Source of the DNA: Anaerolineales bacterium
GTDB lineage: Bacteria; Chloroflexota; Anaerolineae; Anaerolineales; UBA4823
Length of the DNA stretch: 64,000 bases
Direction of reading: 5' to 3'
Assembly: GCA_035341015.1 (NCBI GenBank)
Contig: DAOQUL010000005.1
Coordinates: forward strand, 10,812 to 74,811
Shown: piece by piece, positions 43,803 through 52,718 of the stretch
How positions within the stretch are numbered: the stretch's first letter is position 1
Layout: each line of letters opens with the position of its first letter
Position numbers and translations under genes: made by a program
The notes under the pieces: model-generated
Databases searched by the model: none
What the model saw: the letters and a program-made list of their open reading frames with translations, nothing else
What the model was told of the DNA's origin: nothing

Positions 43803-44582
43803 TCAGTCTTTGGGGATGATATTGACTTTGCGGTGCGGTTCGTCGCCAGAGCTTTCTGTAATAACCTGTGGATGCTCGCGCAGTTCCATGTGGATGATGC
43901 GGCGCTCGTTGGGCGGCATGGGTTCAAGCACCTGGCGGCGGCCGGTTTTAATGGCCTGGTCGGCCATGCGGCGGGCAAGCAGGCGGAGCTGCTTATCGCG
44001 GCGGTTGCGGTAGCCTTCGACATCTAACACCAGGGTCACCATGCGATCCAGCTCTTTGCTGAGGATCAGGCGGGCGATATACTGCAGGGCGTTCAGGGTC
44101 TCAGAGCGTTTTCCGATCAACACGCTCAGGTCGTCGCCGCGAATATCGACCAGGATGGGCAGGTCACTGCGATCATCATCTGCATTGCCATAGCTGGCAT
44201 CTACTTCGGCCCGGATGCCCATGCGTTCCAGCAGTTCAGCAACCACGGTATGCGCCATTTCGAGGGTGTCGTCGGTCGCTGTCTTGGCAGGCTGGGGCTC
44301 GGCAGGCCGGGTGGTGACGGCTGGCTGCTCAGCAGGCTCTTCTACAACCATCTCTGCTGCGGGCAAGGCATTTTCGGCAGGCACGGGCTTTATCTCTTCG
44401 CCTAAGACTGTCAGGCGGATGCGTGCATGGCGAGTGCCCAGGCCAAACAGCCCACGGCTGCCTTCATCTAATACTTCTACTTCCACAGCTTCGCGGGTTA
44501 AACCCAGCTCAGCCAGGCCCTTTTCCACTGCTTCTTCAACAGTGGGGGCGATTGATTCAAGCGTTGCGCGTTGTGTGTTCAT
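43803..44582 (-). CDS. jag: Jag/SpoIIIJ-associated RNA-binding protein (Jag_N, KH, R3H)
   Basis: 259 aa. Contains VEEAVEKGLAELGLTREAVEVEVLDEG, then EGYRNRR...LEPMPPNERRIIH (R3H). Confidence 0.9.
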   Translation of the reverse strand: MNTQRATLESIAPTVEEAVEKGLAELGLTREAVEVEVLDEGSRGLFGLGTRHARIRLTVLGEEIKPVPAENALPAAEMVVEEPAEQPAVTTRPAEPQPAKTATDDTLEMAHTVVAELLERMGIRAEVDASYGNADDDRSDLPILVDIRGDDLSVLIGKRSETLNALQYIARLILSKELDRMVTLVLDVEGYRNRRDKQLRLLARRMADQAIKTGRRQVLEPMPPNERRIIHMELREHPQVITESSGDEPHRKVNIIPKD

Positions 44583-44601
44583 ATACGTTTTCCCACATTG
44601 T

Positions 44602-45378
44602 TTACTTGGTTGTTGGTTTTCGGCCGGGGAACAAGTTGCTCCAATTCAGCCGCCCCATGGCCGCATATTGGATCACGCCCACCAGGTTGCTGACCAAGAA
44701 ATACAGCGCCAGGCCAGAAGACAGGGTGTAAGACATCCAACCCATCAATAACGGCATGTAGAGGTTCATCATTTTTGTCATCTGCGCAGACTGGTCATTG
44801 GGGTTGGCAGGCGGCGGGGTCATCAATTTCGATTGGAAGAATGTGGTGACCACCACCAGGATGGTGATAATGGGCAACCCAATGGAACCAATCATCACAC
44901 CGTAGCTCTGTTCAGGCAGGCTCAGGTTCAGCCACAAGAATTTGCTGTTGAGCGGGATGAGGTTGGAGGCATTGATCCAGGGATAGATATGGCTGGAGAA
45001 ATCCAAGAGCTGCAGCGGGGTGACCGCCAGAGCACGGGTGACAGCCTGGTAGAGACCGATGATGATCGGGAATTGGATCACCAGGGGCAAGCAAGAGCCA
45101 AACGGGTTAATGCCCAGCTCTTGGTAGAGCTTCATCTGTTCTTGCGCCAGGGCCTCTTTGTTATCTTTGTATTTCTTTTGGATTTCGAGCCACTTTTTCG
45201 ACTGCTGCATATCTTGCATGGCCTTGGCGCTTTTCATCTGCTGGACTGTCAGCGGATGGGTGAGCAGGCGGATCAGCACGGTGAAGATGATGATTGCCAG
45301 GCCGAAGTTTTGTCCAACCACGCTATAGATCCACAGCAGCAGGTTGATCATGGGTTGGATAATAAGGGTATCCCACAT
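44602..45378 (-). CDS. yidC: Membrane protein insertase YidC (short, monoderm type)
   Basis: 258 aa. Contains NFGLAIIIFTVLIRLLTHPL, KLYQELGINPFGSCLPLVIQFPI and SGLALYFLVSN. Confidence 0.95.
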   Translation of the reverse strand: MWDTLIIQPMINLLLWIYSVVGQNFGLAIIIFTVLIRLLTHPLTVQQMKSAKAMQDMQQSKKWLEIQKKYKDNKEALAQEQMKLYQELGINPFGSCLPLVIQFPIIIGLYQAVTRALAVTPLQLLDFSSHIYPWINASNLIPLNSKFLWLNLSLPEQSYGVMIGSIGLPIITILVVVTTFFQSKLMTPPPANPNDQSAQMTKMMNLYMPLLMGWMSYTLSSGLALYFLVSNLVGVIQYAAMGRLNWSNLFPGRKPTTK

Positions 45379-45419
45379 AACGTTTTCTCCGTAAAAGTCA
45401 GCACACCATGAAAGGCGTG

Positions 45420-46499
45420 TTATTTCTCAGGGATGAAATTCCAGGCCTGTGCACCACTCTGCTGCAAGGCAATCAACAATGCGTCGTTATCCAGGGGCGC
45501 AGCCAGGATCAGGTTGCCTGCCAGCACGGGGCTGGCATACATCAGGCCGCTGATGGGTTGGGTCAGGGTGATGCCGCCCTGGTCATTGACCGTGTAGATG
45601 TTGGTGGCGGCGGAGAAATGGATCTTATCTTCTACCACCAGGGGTGTGGTAACAATGGGGGTATCGGGCTGAGGTTGGATGCGCCATAAGGCTGCGTGGG
45701 TGCTCACATCAACGGCGTAGAAATTGCCCTGCTGGTCACCAAAGTATAAGACGCCATCTGAAACCGCAGGCGCAGACCAGACCCAGGCCTGGGTGGCAAA
45801 GCGCCACTGAACCTGCCCGTTCGAGGCATCCAGGGCCAAGAGCTCGTTGTTGAATGTGCCGATGTAGAGCATATCATTGCTCTCGCTGTAAGCCGGAGCG
45901 CCGACCAATGCCCCGTTGAGGTCTTCACTTTGCCAAATCTGTTGGCCGGTCTTCAGGTCTAAGGCGTAAACGTGATGGTCCAGCGAAGAGACAAACAGGC
46001 GCTCAGCACCGTCTGTGGCCGGTTGTGACCAGATGGCGTTGCCGGTTTCGAAACTCCACACAGAGCGCCCGTTGAAGTCCAGGGCATATACGAAGCCATC
46101 GGTGGAGGTGAGGAAAATGCCATTTTCGGTAACCAGAGGGCTGGCAACCAGGCGGTTCTTAGACCCCTCAAAGACCCAGTTTTGGGCGGCGGTGACGGGG
46201 TCTATGCTGTACAAGAAATGGTTGTAGCTGGCAGCCAGTAATTGGCCATCAGGGGTCAGCACCGGGTCTGAGAAGAAGGTCATCTTGGCGTCGGCCTTTT
46301 CAGGGAAGCGCCACTTTTCGGCCCCGGTGTTCAGGTCAACTGCGTAGACGAAGGTGTTGTAGGCTACATAGGCCGTGTTTTCATCTGCTGTTACACCGGG
46401 CCAGTTGGTGGGGGTGTAATAGCGAGAGTTGCCGCAGGCACTCAACAAAACAGCGGCAAGGAGAACAATGGGGAGCAGGGTGAAAAATTTCAGTTTCAT
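45420..46499 (-). CDS. PQQ-like beta-propeller repeat lipoprotein
   Basis: 359 aa. Signal peptide with LLSACG lipobox, then repeated YAVD..TG...W blades. Confidence 0.75.
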   Translation of the reverse strand: MKLKFFTLLPIVLLAAVLLSACGNSRYYTPTNWPGVTADENTAYVAYNTFVYAVDLNTGAEKWRFPEKADAKMTFFSDPVLTPDGQLLAASYNHFLYSIDPVTAAQNWVFEGSKNRLVASPLVTENGIFLTSTDGFVYALDFNGRSVWSFETGNAIWSQPATDGAERLFVSSLDHHVYALDLKTGQQIWQSEDLNGALVGAPAYSESNDMLYIGTFNNELLALDASNGQVQWRFATQAWVWSAPAVSDGVLYFGDQQGNFYAVDVSTHAALWRIQPQPDTPIVTTPLVVEDKIHFSAATNIYTVNDQGGITLTQPISGLMYASPVLAGNLILAAPLDNDALLIALQQSGAQAWNFIPEK

Positions 46500-46546
46500 C
46501 GGTAGGTCAGTCGCTTTCGATAAACATCCAGCGGCCAGAGGGTGCC

Positions 46547-46840
46547 TTAGGGCACCGGGTCGAGGCCTCCGGGATTGAACGGGTTGCAGCGAATCACGCG
46601 CCAGGCGGCCATGAAACCGCCTTTGAGCAGCCCGTATTTATAGATTGCCTGGTAACCATAATGCGAGCAGGTGGGATAGAAGCGGCAGGTGCCCTCGGGG
46701 ATGCCGCGCGCAATGGTCATCTGGTACAGGCGGATCAAAGCCAACGCAGGCCAACGCGCCAGGGTCCAAAAGTTGACCGGCAGGTCACGCAGGTTCGGAT
46801 CTGGTTGGACATCCACTTCAGGCTGCAATTCGCTTCCCAT
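46547..46840 (-). CDS. yidD: Membrane protein insertion efficiency factor YidD
   Basis: Contains [10 protein letters not shown]...[33 protein letters not shown]. Confidence 0.92.
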   Translation of the reverse strand: MGSELQPEVDVQPDPNLRDLPVNFWTLARWPALALIRLYQMTIARGIPEGTCRFYPTCSHYGYQAIYKYGLLKGGFMAAWRVIRCNPFNPGGLDPVP

Positions 46841-46846
46841 GTGCGC

Positions 46847-47179
46847 TTATAGCAAACCAGCCCGACGAAGAAGCTGCTGTAGGGCAGACTGGATCTCGGG
46901 CAATTGAGCTTGTGCCAACGGCCGGCGGGAAAGCAAAAGCAGATCCCAGCCAGGCCGAATCACGGTCATTAAAGGACGCATGGCCTCGCGCAGCATGCGC
47001 TTGGCCCGGTTGCGCTGTACGGCTCCACCTAAAGAACGCCCAGCCGCCACCCCACAACGGCTGTCTGTGCCCGGGTTGGGCAGTGTAACCAACACAACAA
47101 GCGGGTGGGCGTAAGATTTTCCAAATTGCCGCACCCGCTTGAAGTCGGTTGATCTTGTTAGGCGGAAACTGCGTTTCAC
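46847..47179 (-). CDS. rnpA: Ribonuclease P protein component
   Basis: 110 aa. LTRSTDFKRVRQFGKSY...AVQRNRAKRMLREA carries the RNR motif. Sits in the conserved rpmH-rnpA-yidD order. Confidence 0.92.
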   Translation of the reverse strand: MKRSFRLTRSTDFKRVRQFGKSYAHPLVVLVTLPNPGTDSRCGVAAGRSLGGAVQRNRAKRMLREAMRPLMTVIRPGWDLLLLSRRPLAQAQLPEIQSALQQLLRRAGLL

Positions 47180-47261
47180 CCACGGAAGCTCTTTGCCTGC
47201 TGGTTAGCTGAGCAGGTCATTGGTCTTGGGGAGTTGCTTGCCCGCCAGCGCCACCGGCCTA

Positions 47262-47439
47262 TCAGCTGTTCCAGTTGGTGTGCTTGACGTGGTTGTTTTT
47301 GACAACGGTCAGGCGATAGCGACCCTTCAGGCGGCGGCTTTTGAGCACCTTGCGACCGTCAGCGGTCGCCATGCGGGAGCGGAAACCATGCACGCGCAGG
47401 CGGCGGCGGATTTTGGGTTGATAAGTTCGCTTTGGCATT
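47262..47439 (-). CDS. rpmH: 50S ribosomal protein L34, interrupted by an apparent 1-nt insertion (+1 frame shift needed)
   Basis: Below the track size cut-off. ATG at 47439 (AGGAAAG upstream) gives [13 protein letters not shown]. After an extra C in CGCCGCCGCC-C the L34 sequence continues in the next frame: [32 protein letters not shown]..., stopping at 47262-47264. ATG-to-stop distance is 178 nt, which is not a multiple of 3. Confidence 0.8.
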
Positions 47440-47490
47440 CTACTTTCCTATATAGATTATTATTTGCTGTTTCTCAGCAAACGAATCCCG

Positions 47491-47519
47491 ATTATACCCG
47501 AAGGATGGGGATTGGTCAA
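47491..47519 (-). promoter_or_regulatory. Near-consensus sigma-70 promoter for rpmH (TTGACC-N17-TATAAT)
   Basis: The minus strand reads TTGACC aatccccatccttcggg TATAAT. The -35 box overlaps the trkA stop codon. Confidence 0.6.
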
Positions 47520-48199
47520 AGGCCATTTTTCTTTTCGGGTGCAGAAAAAATGGCTGCCATTTGTTCTGCACCGCTGCGGTCGGTGATGGCAAGGACTTCA
47601 TCGCCTGGCTCGAAGATGGTGGCGCCGCGCGGCAAGATCAAATTGCCGTGACGGATGATGCCGGCGATGACACATTCGGCCGGCAAGGCCAGATCTTTGA
47701 TGGCTTTTCCGATCGCTTGTGCATTGGCGGGAATCTTCTCCTCGATCAACGAGTAGGCGCCACGCCGCAGCTTGAGCAGGGTCATCATATCGCCGAGTGA
47801 CATTTCCTCTTCGATCAGGCTAGACATGATATCGGCCTGGTTGAGGGATACATCGACATGGAACTTGCTGTCGAACAGCCAGGCATTGCGTGGGTTGTTG
47901 ATGCGCGCAATGGTGCGGGGAACCTGGTAACGGGCGCGAGCCAGGAAGCAAGTGACCAGGTTGTCCGAGTCGTTGGTGGTGGTCGCCGCGACAACATTGG
48001 CGTCTCGAACATCAGCCTGTTCGAGGATAGCTGGATCGGTGGCGTGACCCTGGAAGATCACTTCGGTGGGCAGCTCGCGGTGCAAACGCGCCAAAACATC
48101 TTCGCGATGCTCAATCAGGCGAACCGTATGCCCCTGGTTCAAGATCAGCGTGGCGAGTTGGGTTCCGGTGCGCCCGCCGCCGGCAATGAGAACAAACAT
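47516..48199 (-). CDS. trkA: Trk-system potassium uptake protein TrkA (TrkA-N plus TrkA-C)
   Basis: 227 aa. MFVLIAGGGRTGTQLA Rossmann motif and a C-terminal RCK_C (PAECVIAGIIRHGNLILPRGATIFEPGDEVLA). Confidence 0.9.
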   Translation of the reverse strand: MFVLIAGGGRTGTQLATLILNQGHTVRLIEHREDVLARLHRELPTEVIFQGHATDPAILEQADVRDANVVAATTTNDSDNLVTCFLARARYQVPRTIARINNPRNAWLFDSKFHVDVSLNQADIMSSLIEEEMSLGDMMTLLKLRRGAYSLIEEKIPANAQAIGKAIKDLALPAECVIAGIIRHGNLILPRGATIFEPGDEVLAITDRSGAEQMAAIFSAPEKKNGL

Positions 48200-48200
48200 A

Positions 48201-48860
48201 TCAGGCCTCCTTCTCGCTGTCTAGCTGGCTGCGTAGGGCTTTGATGCCGTCAAAGGTGGCACTCACCAAAACGACGTCGTTTTCATCTAAGGCCGTCTCG
48301 CAAGATGGCAAGATCGCCCGCCCGGCGCGTGTCAGTCCCACGGGGCTGCATTCGCTGCCAGTGATGATCTCTCCCAGGGTATGCCCAGCCCAGGCTTTGG
48401 GGATGGTAAATTCGTAGATCTCTACCTCGCCATTGCCCGCTGAGAATACGGTGCGCATCTGGGTGTTATAGAGCAGTTCTTCCACACGCTGCGCTCCCCA
48501 ACTCGAGGAGCTGACCACTTGCAGGTTGAAAGCTTCAAACATTGGGCGCCAGGCGGGGTCGTAGTTGCGGGCAATGATGTTTTGGATATTAAATGCACTG
48601 CGCACTGCATGGGCCACGACCACATTGGTAGAATCAGAGTTTGTTACAACCGCCACGCCGTCAGCTTGTTCGATGTTGGCGCGGCGCAGCACGCTCTGGT
48701 CGAGGGCTTCTCCCTCTAACGTGCGGCCCAAAAAGTCGGGCGGCAGGTTATTGAAGGCCTTGCTGGCCTGGTCAATAATGGTAACCTGGTGGCCTCTTTG
48801 GAATAAGCGGTAGGCCAGCTCGGCGCCCACCCGTCCACAACCAATTACGGTATAGTTCAT
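48201..48860 (-). CDS. trkA: TrkA-family potassium uptake regulatory protein (second paralogue)
   Basis: 219 aa. YTVIGCGRVGAELA Rossmann motif and a C-terminal RCK_C. Confidence 0.88.
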   Translation of the reverse strand: MNYTVIGCGRVGAELAYRLFQRGHQVTIIDQASKAFNNLPPDFLGRTLEGEALDQSVLRRANIEQADGVAVVTNSDSTNVVVAHAVRSAFNIQNIIARNYDPAWRPMFEAFNLQVVSSSSWGAQRVEELLYNTQMRTVFSAGNGEVEIYEFTIPKAWAGHTLGEIITGSECSPVGLTRAGRAILPSCETALDENDVVLVSATFDGIKALRSQLDSEKEA

Positions 48861-48873
48861 AAGATACTGCTCC

Positions 48874-50844
48874 TTAATCTACCTGGTAAGGTACATCGGT
48901 GATGACGATGCCAGGTTTGAAAATCAACGCCATCCGGAGCCAGAATGCTGTGTTGGTGTGCAGCAGGCTGCTATACCAGCGGCGTGAAACGAACTGCGGT
49001 ACGACAATGGTGATGATCTCGTTGGGTTGGCGTTTCTCGGCTACATCTTCAATGTATTCTAGAAGCGGCTCTGCCAACAGGCGGTAAGGAGAATCCAGCA
49101 TCACCAGGCGTAAGCCATCGCCCCAGGTCTCCCACTTTTGCTTCACCTTTTCGGCTTCGGCCGGATCCATGGAAACGTGGACGGCAGTGATGTCGTCTGA
49201 CAGGGTGAGGGCGTAGCGTAAGGCGGCTAAGGTGCCGCGGTGCACACTGCTGACCAGCAGGATGACCCGATGGCGAGCGATGCGGGCGGGTGCGCCGTAG
49301 TTTTCCAGCGATAGGCGGCGGGCCAGGTTCTTGTAGTGGGTATGGATAAAGGTGAAGACTGCCACCAATATCGGGATCAAGATCAGCACCACCCAGGCGC
49401 CGGCGGCGAACTTGGTGACCGCGAAGACGAGCACTACCACCAGGGTGCAGAGCGCGCCAAAGCCGTTGATCACCATCTTTAGTTTCCACAGGCGGTCATG
49501 CTGCAGGGTAGAGCCGCGCTGGACCACCTTTTCGCCGGGCTTGAGATGGCCTGCCTTCCACCAACGGCGCGCCATGCCCGATTGTGAGAGGGTGAATGAT
49601 AAAAACACTCCAACGGCATACAGCGGGATCAGCCGGGTGACGCTGGCCTGGAAGATGATGATCAGAGCGCAGGCTACTGCCGCCAATGCCACGATGCCAG
49701 TTGAATAGACCAGGCGGCTGCCGCGAAAAGCAAACTGGCGCGGCAGGTAGCTGTCCATGGCCAAGAATGCGCTCAGGCGGGGAAAATCTGCATACGAGGT
49801 GTTGGTCGCCATGATCAGGATGACGGTGGTACCGGCGATCAGGGCCAGATAAAAAGGCCCTTGCCCGCCGTAGATCGTGCGGGCCAACTGTGAAATGACC
49901 GTTTCCTCTTCAGACGGCACTGCCCCAATTTGCGAAGCCAGGAAGGAGATCGCCAGGAAGAAGGCCGCCAGGATGCTTGCCATCCAGACCAGGGTGATGC
50001 CTGCGTTGCGGCTGCGCGGTTCTTTGAAGGCCTGGATGCCATCCGAGATGGCCTCGATGCCCGTCAGGGCAGCGGTGCCGCTGGAGAAGGCATGCAAGAT
50101 CAAGAAGGGGGTGACTGCCACGGCACTTTCAATGGCGTGCATGGTGGGGGGATCCATCACCTGGCCTAAAGACCCAGTCAGGTAGCGTATTATGCCGACC
50201 ATTACCGTGATGGCCATGATGCCAATAAAATAATAGGTGGGGATGGCAAAGGTAACGCCCGATTCTTTGACCCCACGCAGGTTGATGAGCATGATGAAGA
50301 TCACCAACCCAATCGAGATCATGACCCGGTAATCGAATAAGGTAGGGAAAGCTGAGACGATCTGGGCGACGCCAGACGAGATGGAAACCGCAACGGTGAG
50401 AATGTAATCGGTCAGCAGCGCGGCGCCGGCAATTTGAGCCGGCAGTTGGCCCAGGTTATCGCGAACGACGATGTAGGCGCCACCGCCGTTTGGATAGGCG
50501 TGAACCGTCTGTTCGTAAGAGATGGCCACGATGGCCAACAGGATGGCAATGGCGATGGCGATGGGGAAGACATAGCCAAAAGCAATGGTGCCTGCTGCAG
50601 CCAGGATAACCATGATTTCTTGGGTGGCATAAGCCGTGGATGACAATGCGTCTGATGCAAAGACAGCCAGGCCAACTGCTTTTCCAATTGTTTGGTGGGG
50701 GGCGTCAGCGGTGGGGAGGGGGCGCCCTAAAAACCAGGTGCGCAGCGACCTGGGTGGTTTGTACTCGGTGGCACGGTGGAGAACGCCCGGATCGTGTTCA
50801 TCTTGATCGTAGTTATTCATATGATACTTCTTTTCTACCAGCAA
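48874..50844 (-). CDS. APC-superfamily permease with a large C-terminal cytoplasmic domain (candidate partner of the TrkA pair)
   Basis: 656 aa; TTG start at 50844, alternative ATG at 50820. About 12 TM helices (GLAVFASDALSSTAYATQEI...) followed by a ~170-aa soluble tail. Confidence 0.75.
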   Translation of the reverse strand: MLVEKKYHMNNYDQDEHDPGVLHRATEYKPPRSLRTWFLGRPLPTADAPHQTIGKAVGLAVFASDALSSTAYATQEIMVILAAAGTIAFGYVFPIAIAIAILLAIVAISYEQTVHAYPNGGGAYIVVRDNLGQLPAQIAGAALLTDYILTVAVSISSGVAQIVSAFPTLFDYRVMISIGLVIFIMLINLRGVKESGVTFAIPTYYFIGIMAITVMVGIIRYLTGSLGQVMDPPTMHAIESAVAVTPFLILHAFSSGTAALTGIEAISDGIQAFKEPRSRNAGITLVWMASILAAFFLAISFLASQIGAVPSEEETVISQLARTIYGGQGPFYLALIAGTTVILIMATNTSYADFPRLSAFLAMDSYLPRQFAFRGSRLVYSTGIVALAAVACALIIIFQASVTRLIPLYAVGVFLSFTLSQSGMARRWWKAGHLKPGEKVVQRGSTLQHDRLWKLKMVINGFGALCTLVVVLVFAVTKFAAGAWVVLILIPILVAVFTFIHTHYKNLARRLSLENYGAPARIARHRVILLVSSVHRGTLAALRYALTLSDDITAVHVSMDPAEAEKVKQKWETWGDGLRLVMLDSPYRLLAEPLLEYIEDVAEKRQPNEIITIVVPQFVSRRWYSSLLHTNTAFWLRMALIFKPGIVITDVPYQVD

Positions 50845-50860
50845 TATCCATCGGGATAAG

Positions 50861-50893
50861 AAAGCCCACCTGGCATGTAGCCTGGCAGGCTTT
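50861..50893 (-). terminator. Imperfect hairpin downstream of the flippase-like gene
   Basis: AAAGCC..CC.GGC-atgta-GCC.GG..GGCTTT lies 35 nt past the stop at 50928. Confidence 0.35.
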
Positions 50894-50927
50894 AGCGGTC
50901 AGATTCTAAATTGAGATGGGTTGGGAG

Positions 50928-51959
50928 TCAATACTTCTCGGGCGATTTTTCACCACTTTGCCGGCTAAGTAGGCGAAAAGCGATCATCCCCACCAGCAGC
51001 GGCAGCCAGAAGGTGATGCCGCGATAGGCCAGCGTGATCAGGGCGGCGGCTTCAAGTGGGATATACATGGAGGTTAATGACAGCGTCAGGGCGCCTTCCA
51101 CGATTCCAATCCCGGCGGGCGTGGGTGAGACAATGACGAAGAGGTAAGCAATGCTGTAACCGGCAATCACTGTGCCTACCGAGACAGGCACCCGAAAAGC
51201 CAGGAAACATAAAAGCAGGATCAGCACCAAGAAGCCTTTGCTGGTCAACGCCATGCTGATGGGGGTGATCATGGAATGCGGCCGGTTGTGGAGTTCGAGC
51301 AATCCTTCGGCGGCGTCGTTGGCAAACTCTGTGGAGCGCTGTTCGGATAAGGTCTCACGGTGGGTGAAGGGACGAGAGACCCGGTTGACCACGCGCACGC
51401 CCCAGGCCAAGACACGCCCCAGGGCTTGCCCCGAGCGTGTGCCCAGGTAAAGCAGCAGGGCCAGCACTGTTGCCACTGTAACCAGGACCGCCGAAGCCAC
51501 AATTTCGCCTGTGTTCAGGTTATTACGCCGGATGAGCACGATCAGGCCGAGTGCCAGTACAGATAAGAAGCCAATGTAATCGAAGAGCACATACAGCGCC
51601 CCGGCGACCATGGCGCGGGCAGGCGAGTAATTGCGACGGCGGGCTTCAGCAACGAATATGGTGATGCCTCCGACACCGCCCGAAGGCGCAATCACATTTA
51701 CAAAGTTAGCCGAAGCTACCAGCAAAAGCATGGAGGCGATGCTTTCTTGGATACCTAAGCCGCGGTAAATGCCGCGAAAGCAGGCGGCAACGCTGACCAG
51801 CCAGGCAAGCCACAAAACCAATGCCGCCACCAAAAAACGCCAATCGCCCTGTTGAATGGTTGCAACGATCGATTCGAGCTCAGCCGCCCGCCCAATGACG
51901 AACAGGATGCCCAGCATGAGAATGATGGCAATGAGGAACTTACGTACGCTGGCAACCAT
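50928..51959 (-). CDS. Flippase-like / lysylphosphatidylglycerol-synthase TM-domain family (UPF0104) membrane protein
   Basis: 343 aa with ~8 TM helices. P-x-G-x-G motifs (APSGGVGG; PTPAGIGIVEG) are typical of the LPG_synthase_TM family. Confidence 0.7.
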   Translation of the reverse strand: MVASVRKFLIAIILMLGILFVIGRAAELESIVATIQQGDWRFLVAALVLWLAWLVSVAACFRGIYRGLGIQESIASMLLLVASANFVNVIAPSGGVGGITIFVAEARRRNYSPARAMVAGALYVLFDYIGFLSVLALGLIVLIRRNNLNTGEIVASAVLVTVATVLALLLYLGTRSGQALGRVLAWGVRVVNRVSRPFTHRETLSEQRSTEFANDAAEGLLELHNRPHSMITPISMALTSKGFLVLILLLCFLAFRVPVSVGTVIAGYSIAYLFVIVSPTPAGIGIVEGALTLSLTSMYIPLEAAALITLAYRGITFWLPLLVGMIAFRLLSRQSGEKSPEKY

Positions 51960-51969
51960 GCGGGGGGCG

Positions 51970-52665
51970 TTAATCCTCTCGCCGGCCTATGCCGCCCGCA
52001 AGGCCAGTAAAATACAAGAGTTGCATCACAGCGCTGAAAAGGCTGGCAACATAGGTCAGGGCGGCAGCAGTCAGCACGCTGTTAACGCCGCGAGCTTCAT
52101 CTTCTCCGGCCACAATGCCAGTATCGGCCAGCAGGCGGCGAGCGCGAGCAGATGCATCTAGCTCAACGGGCAGGGTGGCCAGTGCAAAGAGTGCTCCGCC
52201 TGAGAATACCAATACCCCCAGCCAGGCCAGGTTTGCCATCTGGAGCATCAAGCCCAAGACGATCAAGATCCAGCCCAGGTAAGAGCCAATGTTCACCGCT
52301 GGCACCAGGGCTGCTCTCAGGCGCAGCAGGAAGTACCCTTCTTGGTCTTGCATGGCATGGCCCAACTCGTGGGCGGCAATCGCCAGGGCGGCCACCGAGG
52401 GGCTGTTGTAGACGCCCTCTGAAAGCCGCAGCACCTTGGTGGAGGGATCGTAATGGTCGGTTAGGTTTCCGCGGATGCCTTCAATGCGGATGTGGTACAG
52501 GCCGGCAGCCATCATCAGTCGTTGGGCAGCCTGGGCACCCGTCAGGCGGCTGCGGGCTGGCACCTGGCTCCAGCGGCGGTAAGCCATCGAAACATATGCT
52601 TGGGCCAGCATCATCAGCAAAAATGCCGGCAGCATGTACATCAGGTAGCGTGAATCGAAAAACAT
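51970..52665 (-). CDS. Membrane zinc metallopeptidase (Zn_peptidase_2 / YugP-like)
   Basis: 231 aa. Contains AIAAHELGHAMQ (HExxH) plus TM helices. Confidence 0.85.
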   Translation of the reverse strand: MFFDSRYLMYMLPAFLLMMLAQAYVSMAYRRWSQVPARSRLTGAQAAQRLMMAAGLYHIRIEGIRGNLTDHYDPSTKVLRLSEGVYNSPSVAALAIAAHELGHAMQDQEGYFLLRLRAALVPAVNIGSYLGWILIVLGLMLQMANLAWLGVLVFSGGALFALATLPVELDASARARRLLADTGIVAGEDEARGVNSVLTAAALTYVASLFSAVMQLLYFTGLAGGIGRRED

Positions 52666-52718
52666 GGCTAATTGTCCTGAGGTGATGGCCTTTCCGGGCC
52701 ATCACCTCACAGGAATCC

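Noticed and set aside
47180-47520. Replication origin (oriC) next to rpmH/rnpA/yidC/parAB
   Set aside because: There is no dnaA or dnaN. The intergenic spaces are under 90 nt and are fully explained by a promoter, an SD and a small hairpin. I saw no clustered DnaA-box-like 9-mers.
50845-50927. c-di-AMP (ydaO/kimA-type) riboswitch upstream of the K+ transporter cluster
   Set aside because: The intergenic region is only 83 nt and is mostly occupied by the terminator-like hairpin of the upstream gene. That is too short for that riboswitch class.
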